The notes beneath the pieces are model-generated. The model saw only the letters and a list, made by a program, of their open reading frames with translations. It ran no database searches and was not told the origin of the DNA. Below, one piece after another: positions 14,547 to 30,510 of a DNA stretch of 64,000 nucleotides. Positions within the stretch are counted from its first letter, which is position 1. Every line of letters begins with the position of its first letter. Position numbers and translations under genes: made by a program. Location of the stretch: assembly GCF_009914755.1 (NCBI RefSeq), contig NC_060936.1; one strand, written 5' to 3'. Source of the DNA: the human T2T-CHM13v2.0 reference genome, Homo sapiens.

Positions 14547-15346
14547 ACAACTTGAATTTTTTTAAGTAATATTATATTGAATAATAATACTTAAGATTTT
14601 TGCCTTCTTTTTAAAGAATACCATGAAATATAGATGGTAATAAATATGAATTTTTAATGTACAAAAGTCTTCAGAGATAACAGTCCAACATATTTCAAAG
14701 TGTATTCTTTAAATTGTCTAATTTAGAATTACTGAGGCTTTTGTCCAATGAATCCAAATCTCTAGAGGTGGAGTCCAGGAATATCAATTCTTATAACACT
14801 CACAGATGTGCATCTGAAAGTTTGAGACCCATTAATCTAGTCTAATTTTTATCCTAGTCAGAAAATGTATCAGCAACATCTTCCAACAGATATCCCAAGC
14901 GAACCATCCCAACCCAGCATCCCGGAGCAAGCCAGTTTCTACTTAAACACTTCAGTAAGGCAGATCATGAGAGAATACTCATTCTATTTTCAGATGGCTC
15001 TAAATTCTGGAAAGTTCTTTCTTAATATCCTGTACCCCCAAACAGAATATTGGAGCCCTGAGTCCCTGGCCAAGTGTCATCTCTCATACTTTTTCACACA
15101 ATACCCCTCCAACCTCTATCAGCGCCTTCACCATCTGAAAGACCAAGAACTACAAGCCTTGGGAACCCACCTTCCTCCTCATCAGGCCTAAGCCTGAGAT
15201 GGAATGGCTGCTGGGCTCAGCTGCTGCCTCTGGTTCTGCTTTAGAGAAGCTGATATTTCTACAGCCTATGTTCAGGCTGACTTTGGAGACCAAAAATTTT
15301 ATTCCAGGAGATTTTTGTTAATCCAAGCAGCTAGCAAGAACAACTC

Positions 15347-15820
<474 letters not shown>

Positions 15821-15826
15821 GACACA

Positions 15827-15865
<39 letters not shown>

Positions 15866-15870
15866 ACACG
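15821..15870. repeat. (CA)n microsatellite
   Basis: Directly visible. Confidence 0.95.
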
Positions 15871-16329
15871 TGCAAGTGCTCCCTTATCAAACTAGGCTAA
15901 TAAACCTCTCTAGGTGAGAAGCTGAACATTTAACACAGAGGCAGAAACCACAGGCCCACTTTTTTTGAGAGCTTAAATGGGGAAGGATCTGCCATAAAAT
16001 CATTTCGTTCCAGCCATATCCTCAGTTTTGGGGAAAAACAGAAGAGGGGTGTAATTCTGAGTGTTCTGAGGTAGTTCTAGATGCAGTTACTTCTGCTACT
16101 GTAATAAATAAATCCCCAAATTTCAGTGACTTAACAATAGTAACTCTCACCTTCATGCAGAGCAATGGCTGCCGGGGTGGGGCGTAGTCACTCGGGGACT
16201 CAGGCTAACAGAGGCCCCACTCTCTGAAAACACATTGCTTCCAAGGTCACCATGAATATTCGCGTTCAGCTAGCAGATAGAATGAGCCAGGGGTAGACAA
16301 TTTTTAGGTTCATCCCCGAACATGCAGTA

Positions 16330-16648
16330 TACTCATGCATCACTTAATGATGGGGATATGTTCTGAGAAATGTGTCCTTAGGTGATTTCGTCTTTGTGCT
16401 TACACAAACCTAGGTGGCATAGCCTACTACACACCTAGGCTAGATGGTATGGCCTGTTGCTCCTAGGCTACAAAACTGTACAGCATTTGACTGTACTGAA
16501 TACTATAGGCATTGTAACACAGTGGTAAGCATTTGTGTATCTAAACACAGAAAAGGTACAGTAAAAATACAGTATTATCATCTGATGAAACCACTGTTGT
16601 ATATGCATCCGCCCATTGACTGAAACGTCGTTATGCAGTGCGTGGTGG
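16330..16648 (+). mobile_element. Tigger3a/MER7A DNA transposon inside an old MLT1 LTR
   Basis: catgcatcacttaatgatggggatatgttctgagaaatg...gactgaaacgtcgttatgcagtgc. Confidence 0.85.
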
Positions 16649-17359
16649 TACATCACTTTTGCCTCTGTACAATTCACAGAACTCAGGCATGTGGCCACAC
16701 CTGGCTTCTAGAAGAGCTGGGAAATGCAGTCTGTTTGCCAAGGAGGAAAGGAAAATAATGTGACTCAACCTATCCAAGCTTCCGTCTACTATCAGACAGG
16801 CATCTGCAGGTTGTGTGAGTAATTATGGTGTCAGCCCGTCAGTAGATAAAAGCAAGAGGCCTCTAGGGTCTTTATTTCCTGGAGCGCTCTATGAAACTCT
16901 ATTCTGCCAAATGTGCCCATGGATCTCTTAGAATCTTCCTTTGGTCTTCAACCTCCACAAATTCCTAAGACAAACTGAACACTTTTTTGAGGAATTGGTA
17001 TTGCTACCAATTCCTTTCAAAAGTACTTCATGACATCAATTGTTATTGTTAGACCCTGTGTTTAAGCCAGTTTTATGGTGTTCGCTGTGTATGTCTCTCG
17101 GACTGTCAGATACACATTTTCCTGAATCCCAAGACACGAGGAAGGAGTCCCTTACTGTCTTCGTAAGAGAAGCCTTAGTGAAATCAGGTGTCTGATTCCC
17201 TCTGTCTAGGAAAGCCCTGGGGTAAGGTACCAGACCTTCCGCATTTCCTCAGCACTTAGCACTGTCACTTAGCAGGCACCCAATATAAGTATGTTATGTT
17301 GAATTCTATTAAACTGCTTCTAGGTTTAACAAGAGTCATTTAATTTTGTAACTCTCTCC

Positions 17360-17644
17360 AAGTGAGACAGGTTCTCACTCTGTCACCAAGGCTTAAGTAT
17401 AGTGGTGCAATCACAGCTCACAGCAGCCTAAACCTCCCAGGCCCAAGCGATCCTCCCACCTCCACCTCCTGAGTAGCTGGGACTACAGATGTGTCACCCC
17501 ACCTGACTAGTTTTAAAATTTTTTGTAGGGGCTGGGTCTTGCTATGTTTCTCAGGCTGGTTTCAAACTCCTGGCCTCAAGCAGTCGTCCCACCTTAGCCT
17601 CCCAAAGTGCTGGGATTACAGGTATGAGCCACCATGCTTAGCCT
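17360..17644 (-). mobile_element. AluJ
   Basis: Alu dimer. Confidence 0.88.
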
Positions 17645-17650
17645 CTCTCC

Positions 17651-18632
<982 letters not shown>

Positions 18633-19270
18633 CTTCTATTTTTTATAGTTCTAGTTTTTAGGGAAATATTGTGACTGAAACTATCCATCAACCCTCATAG
18701 TCTGAAAAGTCCCGGTGCCCTCAGTAATAGCTATCTCTCCTTCCCTTTGCCACCGCCCCACCTCCTTTTTTTTGGCAGCACCCTCACTCCACCCCAGCAT
18801 AGAGTTTAACCTCTCTGGCTTTATCTTCTTCATATGTCTTTTGTTGTGAAACGTTTATTTAGTAGTCCAGTTTTACTTTGTACCTAATAGACTTGGATTT
18901 GAACCTTGAATCTCCTTTCTCTTACTCACTGCTTTTTTTCTGGATCCTGAAACTTTTTTGCCCCACTCACTCTCACACTGAGCTCCCTGTGGGCCCCCGA
19001 GGTCCTCACTCTGGGCTAGGCCTCACCAAGGGAAAGAAGGTCAGATACATTCTTGCCTTTACCTCATATTTACTACGCAGAAACTCCTACTTTAGCCTGT
19101 TCATGGACACTCAGGAGATACCACTTTACATAAGCCACTAACTAGGTCAAGATTTATTCAGTTTACCAATATTATTTTGTACCTGTACTTATGGAATATC
19201 ATAGTTTGCTTTGGAAGTAGAGCTGAATTCTGCATGTGCACAAAAAGACCATGATAGAGCAAATATTACC

Positions 19271-19669
19271 TGTCTTAGTTCACTGGGGCTACTGTGGCAA
19301 AATACCATAAACTGAATAGCTTATAAACAACTTAAATTTACTTCTCATAGTTCTGGGGTTTGGGAAGTCCAAGATTAAAGTGCCAGCAGATTTGATGTCT
19401 AGTGAGGCCTTATTTCCTGGTTCCATAGACTGTGTCTTCTTGGTGTATCTTCAAATCGTGGAAGAGCAAAGGAGCTCCCTGGGGTGTCTTTTGTCAGGGC
19501 ACTCATTTCATTCATGAAGACCTTGCTCTCATGACTTAATCATCTCCCAAGAGGCCCCAGTTCCTAAAACCATTACGCTGGGGGTCGGGTTTCAACATAT
19601 GAATCTGCGGGGAGGGTGGGGGTCGGGGGGGCAGGTAGGGAGGGAGACACAAACTTTCACACCATAGCA
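19271..19669 (-). mobile_element. MLT1A-type MaLR LTR
   Basis: tgtcttagttcact...ttcaacatatgaat...accatagca. Confidence 0.85.
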
Positions 19670-19701
19670 ATACCCAAAGTATATAATTAATACTAATATA
19701 G

Positions 19702-20000
19702 ACTGGGCTCAGTGGCTCACACCTGTAATCCCAGCACTTTGGGAGGCCAAGGTAGGGGACTTGCTTGAGCCCAGGAGTTTGTGACCAGCCTGGGCCACAC
19801 ATGGCAAAACGCTGTCTATACTAAAAATACAAAAAAATTAACCAGGTGTTAGTTGTGGCATGCACCTGTATTCCCAGCTACTTGGGAGGCTGAGGTGGGA
19901 GGATCACCTAAGTCTGTTAGTCAGAGGCTGCAGTAATCCATGATGGTACCACTGCACTCCAGCCTGAGCAACAGAGTGAGACCCTGTCTCCAAAAAAAAA
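19702..20000 (+). mobile_element. AluJ
   Basis: Alu dimer with poly-A. Confidence 0.9.
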
Positions 20001-20268
20001 TTTTTTCTAGTACTAATGTAAAGGAAGGCTCTAGGGATGTTCCTTAGTCTCTATTCTTGTTTTTATACAGGATATAATTCACTTAGTTGCCTATATGAAG
20101 ACCTAGAAGGTAAGGTCACTGAGGGACACCCTGATAGGACAAGATTGTTCTTAGCACCAAAATAACTCAGGGATCTGATATCCAAGCTATGGTAAGAGCC
20201 CTGCTCATGTGTCTGCCTGCCTAGTGCATACCTCCAGTCCTTATTGCTGGCCTTCATGTATATATGCT

Positions 20269-20852
20269 TGTTGGTAGAAGAACTAAGGCAGAACTGGCTT
20301 GTCTGTCATAATATAAAAGAGTCTTGGAAAATGTCCAGGGTCCAGGGTCTAAAACTCCTCGTGGCCTTTGGAACACCAAGCTCTGTGCCAAAGGGTGGAA
20401 GGCTGCCCTGCCGCACCACAAATCTAAGCCCAGAGCATAAAACCTCTCGTGGCTTTGATGGAATCCAGGGCTCATGACATAAAGCCCCTCGTGGCCTCTG
20501 GAATGTGCACAGACTTGCTGGTTGCTCTCCCAGGCTCATAAACATGTTCTCCATTGTTTCCAGCAGCAGAGCATATTCTATATGCGTCAAAGAAAACGCT
20601 AAACCGTCACAGCTACATTTGATGCACTACTACCTTTCTACCCCCGCATCCTCACGTCCTCACCACCTGCTTCTTTGTTTGATCACCAATAAATAGTGTG
20701 GGCTCCCAGAGCTCGAGGCCTTTGCAGCTTCCATACCAGCGTTGGCCCCCTGGACCCAACTTATGTACTCTTAACCTGTCTTTTCTCATTCCTTTGACTC
20801 CGCCAGACTTCGAAGCCCCCATGGCCTGGTGTTGGGTCTGATCACCCCAACA
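20269..20852 (+). mobile_element. Solo LTR14C-like LTR (HERV-K14/HML-1 group)
   Basis: TG...CA, 584 bp, perfect 6-bp TSD tatgct; 3' end caccaataaatagtgtgggctcccagagctc...gtgttgggtctgatcaccccaaca matches the recalled LTR14 family. Confidence 0.85.
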
Positions 20853-21619
20853 TATGCTAGCTTTAGCTTACCTAAGAAATATTATAATTGTTCCAGATGG
20901 CCCCTGCATTACACGAGGAGGTAGGGCAAGAAAGAATACTGTGTACCTACTTTCCCTAAACTACCTCCAATGATTCACTCAACACCCAGCAGTAGAATTC
21001 TCTCCTTCAGGATAGATGTGAAGGCTGGATGCAGTAGTAATAACCCAGCTGGCTCCAGCTTCAGTTGCTTGTTCAAGGGGAAAGACCAAGGCATGAAGGT
21101 GGCCTCACAGTATCAAGCAGGACGTGCACCCCAGCAGCCCAGCCTGTGGCCAGGGCCATGTCCTGCTGATCAAGTGGAGAGATGGATATAATATTCTAAA
21201 GATCTGAAGACAGAGATAGCTGAAATTTAAGAATAAAAAATGTGAAAGTACAGAACAGGAGTCTTGTGGCTTAAGAGCAATTCACATGAAAAAGATCCAC
21301 GGCTTTTTGTTAACAAAAAGTCCAACATGAACAAATAAAAATTTAAAATTATAATAGTTCCAAATAGAAATGAATTCTCTTGGTCCAGGATGGAAGGCTT
21401 CAGCTCAGTCTTGAAGGAAAAATAACATAAGACTTAAAAATCTAGACAAAAAGGAACAGAGAGAGCACTCCCAGTGGAGGGAATGACATGACTAAGCTGT
21501 GGTGGGATGCCTCTGACATAGACAGGAGAACATAAGAGACACACTTGACCAGTTAGGGAAATATCTTTTGGCTATTACCTCCCCCTGTAACAGATAAAAT
21601 GAAAATAAACTATTCTCAC

Positions 21620-22413
21620 TGCTATGGTCTGAATGTTTGAATATCCCCCTGTTCCATGCCTCCTCCCCCAAATTCATATGTTGAAACTTTATCCTCAATG
21701 GAATAATATTAAGGGTGGAGTCTTTGGGAGGTGATTAGGTCATGATGGCTCTGCCCCCATAAATGCATTTACTGCCCTTTTAAAAGGGGCACGAGGCTGG
21801 GCATGGTGGCTCACACCTGTAATCCTAGCACTATATATATATATACACATATATATATATACACACACATATATATACTATATATATATATATACACATA
21901 TATATACACACATATATATACTATATATACACATATATACTATATATACACACATATACTATATATACATATATACTATATATACACATATATACTATAT
22001 ATATACATATATATACTATATATACACATATATATACTATATATATCCTAGCACTATATATATACACATATATATGTGTGTATATATGTATATGTATGTA
22101 TATATATGTGTATATATACATATATAGTGCTAGGGTATATATTTTTTATATATATAATATATGTATATATAAAATATATATTTTTTAAACAAAACAAAAA
22201 GAGGCACAAGGGAGCTTGTTCCCTATCTTCTACTATGTAAGGACACATAGGAGGCACCATCTGTGAGGAAGGGGTCCTCACCAGACACTCAATCTTTTGG
22301 CACCTTGGTCTTGAACTTCCCAGCCTCCAGAACTGTGAGTAGTAAATTTCTATTGTTTATAAATTACCCAGTATAAGCTATTTTGTTTAAAAAAGCCCAA
22401 ATAGATTGAGACA
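21620..22413 (+). mobile_element. MLT1A LTR carrying a degenerate Alu/TA-repeat insertion
   Basis: tgctatggtctgaatg...cagcctccagaactgtgag...gattgagaca; TSD ctcac/ttcac. Confidence 0.88.
21832..22185. repeat. Long TA-rich (TATATACACA) simple repeat following an Alu 5' stub (21795-21832)
   Basis: Directly visible. Confidence 0.95.
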
Positions 22414-23368
22414 TTCACTACTGAAGGGTCCCTAAACTTGTAGAAATTATTTCCCAATAGTTTTTCTGCATTTTAAAAAATAATGAAATTCTTACAAAAG
22501 AGATCCAAGTTGCTTATTTTAGTTTAAACTCACAGTGTTATTTTTATGGCTACAGCAGAGTGACTGTGTGCTTATTCATTAAAATTCCCAGAAAACCTTA
22601 AGCCTTGATAAATTTATACTTCAGGCCTTTGGACTTCTCTTTTCTTGCCTTGATTTTAGGTATTGACTGAATGTCAATATCTAAATGTCAAGTTGAATAT
22701 CAGTCAGAGTTGGGGAACATTAAGTTGCTGTTATGCTAAAGGCCTTAGGCTGGGAGAGAGGGGATTAAAAGATGATTTTAGATTATAGGATAGGGGTTCA
22801 TGAAAGCATCTCTGAAAAAAAGTCCAAATCACCAAAAGCTGGATTATCCGTAAGGAAATCTCATTAGAAATGATTTTAGCTGGTGAGTCTACCAGTCAGG
22901 ATAGTTGCCAAGTTATTTGCTTCCATGAGCAAGGAGTCTGAAAAATTGACTTTAGATGGTTAGTCAGTCACTGATGCTCATACGGAGATCTGCCAAAGAA
23001 TCTTTGAGGCACAGAGAGCCACATGGCTGCAGAAGGCCTCAATCCAAATTCTCAAAATATTAGGAAAATACATGAATAGGACTAGTAAATATACTGTTTA
23101 TATTCCTTAGAGGTAACATTAACTATTTTTTTTCTGTTGCTTTAGGCAAAGATTTTTGCTTAAGGCAAAAATAAAAGAGATGCCAGAAATGTATTACTGT
23201 AAATAAACACCACTGCTATGTGTGAAAAGATCAATCATTCACTCAACAAGCATTTATTAAGCATGAGTGTTAAGTTCTGGAGACACAAAGATGAATAAAC
23301 CAAAGTTTTTGCCCTCAAACAGCTCATAGCTTAGAGCAGAAGTCAATAATTGCAAAACTTTTATAGGG

Positions 23369-24013
<645 letters not shown>

Positions 24014-24793
24014 TAATATAGGGGCTATAATGGAGGCAAGCATAAAGCATGGAGAAGGCACAGAGAAGGAAGCAAGTTTGGAGAGGATAGTCAGGGAAGG
24101 ACTGATGGAAAAGACCTTTGGACTGCATCTCAGAAGATGAAGAGGAGTCACCCCATGCAAGCACTGCATTCTGAACAGGGGAAAAGCATCCCGAAGCATC
24201 CCAGAGCATGAAGGTGTGCAACCAATTTCACATCAATTCAGTTAGTAAGCTCTTCATAGCATAACTTTAGCATAACTTCTTTTATTTAGATGTTTCCTTT
24301 TTAAATTCACTTTTTTTAATGTTTCAGAGAAAGTATGTGGGAGTAGGGTTGGGGTGTTACTCGATGGACAGCCAAAGCAATCTACCATTATGGAGTCTAA
24401 AGTACTCGCGATGAGATCTTCTGAATGTAATCTGCCAACCTTGTTTCCCTAAGGGAATCTTTGGCAGAACTATATAAATGAGATCATGACCATTAGAAAA
24501 ATAGTATTTTAAACTCTGGTCTTTATCTCAAAGAAGAAAAATATTCTTTTTGAAAATCACATAGTCAGCTTTTGACTATTCAGAGAAATCAGGCTGAAAA
24601 TTAGGATAATGAAACCAGGAAAAATAGGGAAAAGGAAAAAGGAAACAACAGATAACTTAAATTTAAAAAAAAAAATTAGAATAAAGTAGAAGAATTAAAA
24701 TCAAGCATATTTTTTACATTAACTGTGAATGGACTGAATTTGCCAATTAAAGTCAGAACTGGGTGATTGAATTTAAGCAATTAAAACTGACCT

Positions 24794-25120
<327 letters not shown>

Positions 25121-25787
25121 CTAAATGCTATTCCTAAGAAATACTTGAAACACAAGGACACAAAGGAAGTTGGATGTTAATTGAAATGTGTAAGTTATCT
25201 CAGAATGCACATTTGCTCATAATTTTAACTTCTTTCCTCCATCAAACTTCTTGCTTAAAATGAAGTTATAAAAATCAAAGTAGCAGTTATAAGTACTACT
25301 AATACTCATCTACAACAAAATTGTCTAACAGAAATATAAAGACTATGTCTTATATTTAGGGTCTTATATAATAGGGTTTATTGAGGAATATAGAAATTAC
25401 ATTTGATACTTCTACAGAGAAAATTTAATACAAGAAATGGGTTACACAGGTGTTGGAGGGATGAAAGAACAATAAGAGATCAATGAAGTGACGGAGATAA
25501 TAATGGCAGGAAACAGCTGCCACTGCTATGGTTGGTGAAGCAAGAGAAAAGTTGGGGATCTCAGAATCTACATGTTTGGAAAAGACGTCATGGCCTTGGG
25601 TCTTGGAAAGGGGGTGCTGCCCAGCTGGTGCTGATGTCTCAGAAGGAGTGAAAGGTAGTTGATTCTGGGCATACCAGAAAAAAGCTAGAGTCTGTAACCA
25701 GCTGTCCCTGCTGGGATTAAGGGCTGTTTCTGGAGTGATACTGATGAATAGAGCAAACCTAACAGGAAGAAAGAATTCCCTTTTCCT

Positions 25788-26173
25788 TGTTTTAGTTCAT
25801 TTGCACTATTATAACAAAATACCCAAGGCTGGGTAATTGATAAAGCACAGAACTTTATTTTCTCGCAGTTCTGGAGGCTGGGACATCCAAGTTCAAGGCA
25901 CAAGCAGGTTCAGTGTCCAGTGAGAGCCCTGTCTATGCTTCCAGAATGGTACTTTCTTGCTGCATCCTCTGGAGAGACGAATGCTGTGTCCCTACATGGC
26001 AGAAAGTGGAAGAGCAAAGCATGAAGCCTCTTTTATAAGGTCCTTAGCCCATTCACAAAGCAGGGTAGCCCTCATGACCTAATCTCCTCTTAAAGGATCC
26101 ATCTCTTAATTCTATCATGTTGAACATTAAGTTTCGACACCTGTATTTGGAGGGGCACATTCAAATCATAGCA
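25788..26173 (-). mobile_element. MSTC/MLT1A-type MaLR LTR
   Basis: tgttttagttcatttgc...agttctggaggctggg...cattcaaatcatagca. Confidence 0.85.
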
Positions 26174-26658
26174 CCCCTCTTTCTGCCCTTTTAATAACAT
26201 CTTCTCTTGGCAGAGTCCAACAAGAAGCCAGCTGGTAAAGAAGGGTGGATTTGGAGTTGAGTTATTATAGGTAAATTACCAGTACTGTCCATCCCTATAC
26301 GTGTTCACACATGAAAACAAGACACTCCTCTGTATATGTTTGAACTTCCAAATCTCGCCACTAACATCTTTATGCTTCTGCCTGACAAGATGCAAGTACC
26401 CTTAGTATAAATGAAGACACTCCAACACCCGTCTCCTCCCCAAAAAAGAAGGCACGAAGTTACAGGAGTCATGATATTCACTTATGGCAGAGGACCACAG
26501 TATTTCTGAAGGATGTTAATTCTTCTACTTCAGTCATAATCCCGCCTGTCTGTAGAGTATAATACAAAGACTGTATTATAAAGTTACCCAGTAAGAGGAA
26601 AAAAGGAGGAATAAACAAATAAATTAGCCAGGAAGAAAATGTACAGAGCTGTGACAAT

Positions 26659-26932
26659 CTTTCACCCCTTCTGAGGCATCAGCACCAGCTGGGCAGCATC
26701 CCCTTTCCAAGACCCAAGGCCATGACCTCTTTCCCAACGTGTAGATTCTGAGAGCCCCAACTTTTCTCTTGCTTCCCCAACCACAGCAGTGGCAGCTGTT
26801 TCCTGCCATTATTATCTCCTTCACTTCATTGATCTCTTATTGTTCTTTCATCCCTCCAACACTTGTGTGACCAATTTCTTGTATTAAATTTTCTCTGTAG
26901 AAGTATCAAATGTAATTTCTATATTCCTCAAT
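26659..26932 (-). other. Inverted copy of 25380-25654
   Basis: Manual alignment gives ~14 differences in ~275 bp; the first 52 bp are identical. Confidence 0.95.
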
Positions 26933-27247
26933 GAATATAGGAATGTGTCTTCTCCAAATTCATCGTTGATATTTTTACCTTATGAAATGGCCCACATTTA
27001 CTCTCAAAGATCTGAATCCTCAATTGTCCTTTCTTTATTTGATTGCAGCTGTGTTTTTCATCAGCTTTTACTATTGGATAAGTTCTAAGGGGTGCCCCTA
27101 GAGACTCCTCTGGCTTCCAGACATAGTTGTCTCTGCCTCACTGCATGGCAGCAACCCAATTTCTCCTGCATAGTTAGGATCCATCTCCCCAGCCAGTTAG
27201 GTAACTTCTTTGCCTGTTTACCTAAGATTTTTGAACACTTAATCCGC

Positions 27248-28083
<836 letters not shown>

Positions 28084-28104
28084 TGCTGCTTACTTTATGT
28101 CACT

Positions 28105-28835
28105 GTTTGGCTCAGGACGAACCACCCTAGAATGTCCTCTTTGGCATATTGATTATTAGCTGTTTATTTTGAGAAACTGCAGACAGCAGAGTAACTCTGA
28201 AAAGCTGCCTTTCTGTAAAAGAAATTTACATCTATAAAGGAAATTTCTATGAGTCAAGGTATCTCTATCAGGAAGAGATTATTTAACCCAAGCTTGTCCA
28301 ACCCACAGCCCAGGATGGCTTTGAATCCAGCTCAACACAAATTCATAAACTTTCTTAAAACATTATGAGATTTTTTTGCAATTTTTTTTTAGCTCATTAG
28401 CTATTTTTACTGTTAGCGTATTTTATGTGTGGCCCAAGACAATTCTTTTTCTTCCAATGTGGCCCAGGAAAGCCAAAAGATTAGACACCCCTGATGCAAC
28501 CTATATCAGGTTACTCTGGAGACAACCTTTATTACCTGAGATTTTTTTCTGTATAACAAGGCAAGCCTTATTCGCCATGCATTTCTTACCCTCACTCTCC
28601 TGTAACCTATTTCCACCACCCCATAGAAATCCCAAGCTCCTGTTCCTTTCTGTAGGTCAGATTGTTTTATTATATAAGCTTCAATTATCTAATCCTTTGA
28701 GTCTCATATTTCTGTGTGATTCTCATGCATACATAATATAATTGAAATTGTTTTTCTCCTATTAATCTGTCTTATGTCAATTTAATTTGTAGCCCAAAGA
28801 ACCTGGAAGGGTAGGGAGACGCCATTCTCCCAACA
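28105..28835 (+). mobile_element. MER34-family LTR with an inserted MER30 (28289-28493)
   Basis: ggcatattgattatt...gagaaactgcagac; MER30 ttgtccaacc...tgtggcccaggaaagccaaaagattagacacccctg. Confidence 0.75.
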
Positions 28836-29887
28836 CCAGCTACATTAGGAAACAGATACATAATAGACTTGCTCCAAGAAAATTCACTCTGTTCATTACC
28901 ATAGGTTTATCCTTAACCCTAATTGTTTCCGGGTGAAGAGGATGGACCACATGGAACTACAGGGTCTTCTTTATCCTAGAGAAGGTGTCTCTAAGTCTTA
29001 CAACACTAAAACTTGGCCAAGTAGCCTTCTTTGCACCATCCCTTTAGGACCACACCAAAATTGTAGGTATGGCAAATAGGATGAGGCAAAAACAAAACAA
29101 AACAAAACAAAGTCCCCCAAAAATCTAACCCAACAAAGAAAAGAAAGGAATGGAGTAGACCTGCCCAGAGCCAAATCAAAGCCACTTCTCATCACTCCTT
29201 AGAAATCAACAACCATAACCTTCTAGTTGGCCATCAGCACTATCTCCTCCCTAGAGAAGACATTTGTGGTTTCTGTGCCACTTTTCCTAAACCCCAGATA
29301 TTAGAAAATAATCTCCATTTACCCAAATCAGGAAGGGGAAAACATCACCTTATAGAAGAATAAAAGCTTCTTCTATCAGTCATTTTTCACCTTGTAGTTC
29401 AAGGACCTTCACTGAAAATAGGACTTCTATCATGTTGCTGAGAGAACATCTGGAGAGATAATTTAAAACTGGGATTGTCAGGATAACACCACCCATGCGT
29501 GTACCCTTTTGGACAGGGTTTTAATTCATTGTGGTTGGTCTGAGCCCGCTGGGAGCTGAGTTCTGCACTGAAAGGCATAATAAGATTGCCTGACTTTCTA
29601 TGTGCCTGTGTCATCTATCAACTCTGTGGTTGATGAAATGACATAAAATAATCAGATAAGCTTCTGATGCAAAGATCACAGTGACAAAAAGTAGTGAGAT
29701 GAAACAGAGCTAGAACAAATTCATTCCTTTGTTTAAAACTTTAAGCCAGAGAGCTTGTGAACCCAGGGCATTGTCATTCAATATCAGGATTTAACATTTA
29801 TAACCAAACACTGGATTATAGCCATGCTAAAAGGTAAATATTCCAAGAGTCTCACAACTTAGAGTCACCTTAAACATGATTAGTTTC

Positions 29888-30510
29888 AGGGGTCACAAAC
29901 TGACCATGGGCCATGTAGTGTGTAGACACATTGTGGGGCCTGCAGTTTGGATTCTTTTTTCAAATGGAATTTGATAGCACGTTTAAGAATCAGAAGGTTT
30001 TAGGGGGATGGGGGAGGGATAGCATTAGGAGAAATACCTAATATAAATGATGAGTTAATGGGTGCAGCAAACCAACATGGCACATGTATACATATGTAAC
30101 AAACCTGCACATTGTGCACATGTACCCTAGAACCTAAAGTATAATTAAAAAAAAGAAAAATAAATAAACTTACATACATACATACAAAAAAAATCAGAAG
30201 GTTTTACATAAAAAATGAAGATTTCTGGCTTCTCTTGAAAAATCAAAAGATTTTTCAACACAGGACTCACATTCCCGCATAAAAACTGTCTATTGGTCTG
30301 AGTAACAATGCTGCTCTTTAGAAGAAATATGCACAGACGCCCCTCCTCCCTCTTGTGTCTCCAATGCAGAGGCCGAATGCCAGCCACTATTTGTCATGAT
30401 ACTGTCACTATTTTCCTAGAGCTAAGGGGGAAATGAAGAGCTTCTTACACTTGGCTTCTCTCATTCATATTTTTTTGCCTTGCCTCTGTAGGCATCTGAG
30501 TGTAGGGCCT
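29888..30510 (+). mobile_element. MER102/Charlie4-like hAT fossil
   Basis: caggggtcacaaact...agatttctggcttctcttgaaaaatc...ctgtaggcatctgagtg. Confidence 0.65.
30002..30192 (+). mobile_element. 5'-truncated primate L1PA 3' end
   Basis: ggagggatagcattaggagaaatacctaat...catgtaccctagaac.taaagtataat plus A tail; TSD aatcagaaggtttt. Confidence 0.95.

Larger units (their letters stand above)
25364..27230 (-). mobile_element. Old ERVL-class LTR plus adjacent internal sequence (LTR16/33-like, ERV3-16A3-like)
   Basis: Minus-strand LTR 3' end attaaattttctctgtagaagtatcaaatgtaatttctatattcctcaataaaccc; 26200-27230 resembles ERVL internal 3' sequence. Family uncertain. Confidence 0.5.

Noticed and set aside
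20350-20500. Three spaced cctcgtggc repeats resembling an array
   Set aside because: They are internal repeats of the LTR14 U3 region, not CRISPR-like; this is eukaryotic DNA.
25380-26932. Inverted arms as TIRs of a DNA transposon or as paired LTRs
   Set aside because: There is no TSD, the arms derive from an LTR, and paired LTRs would be direct repeats.
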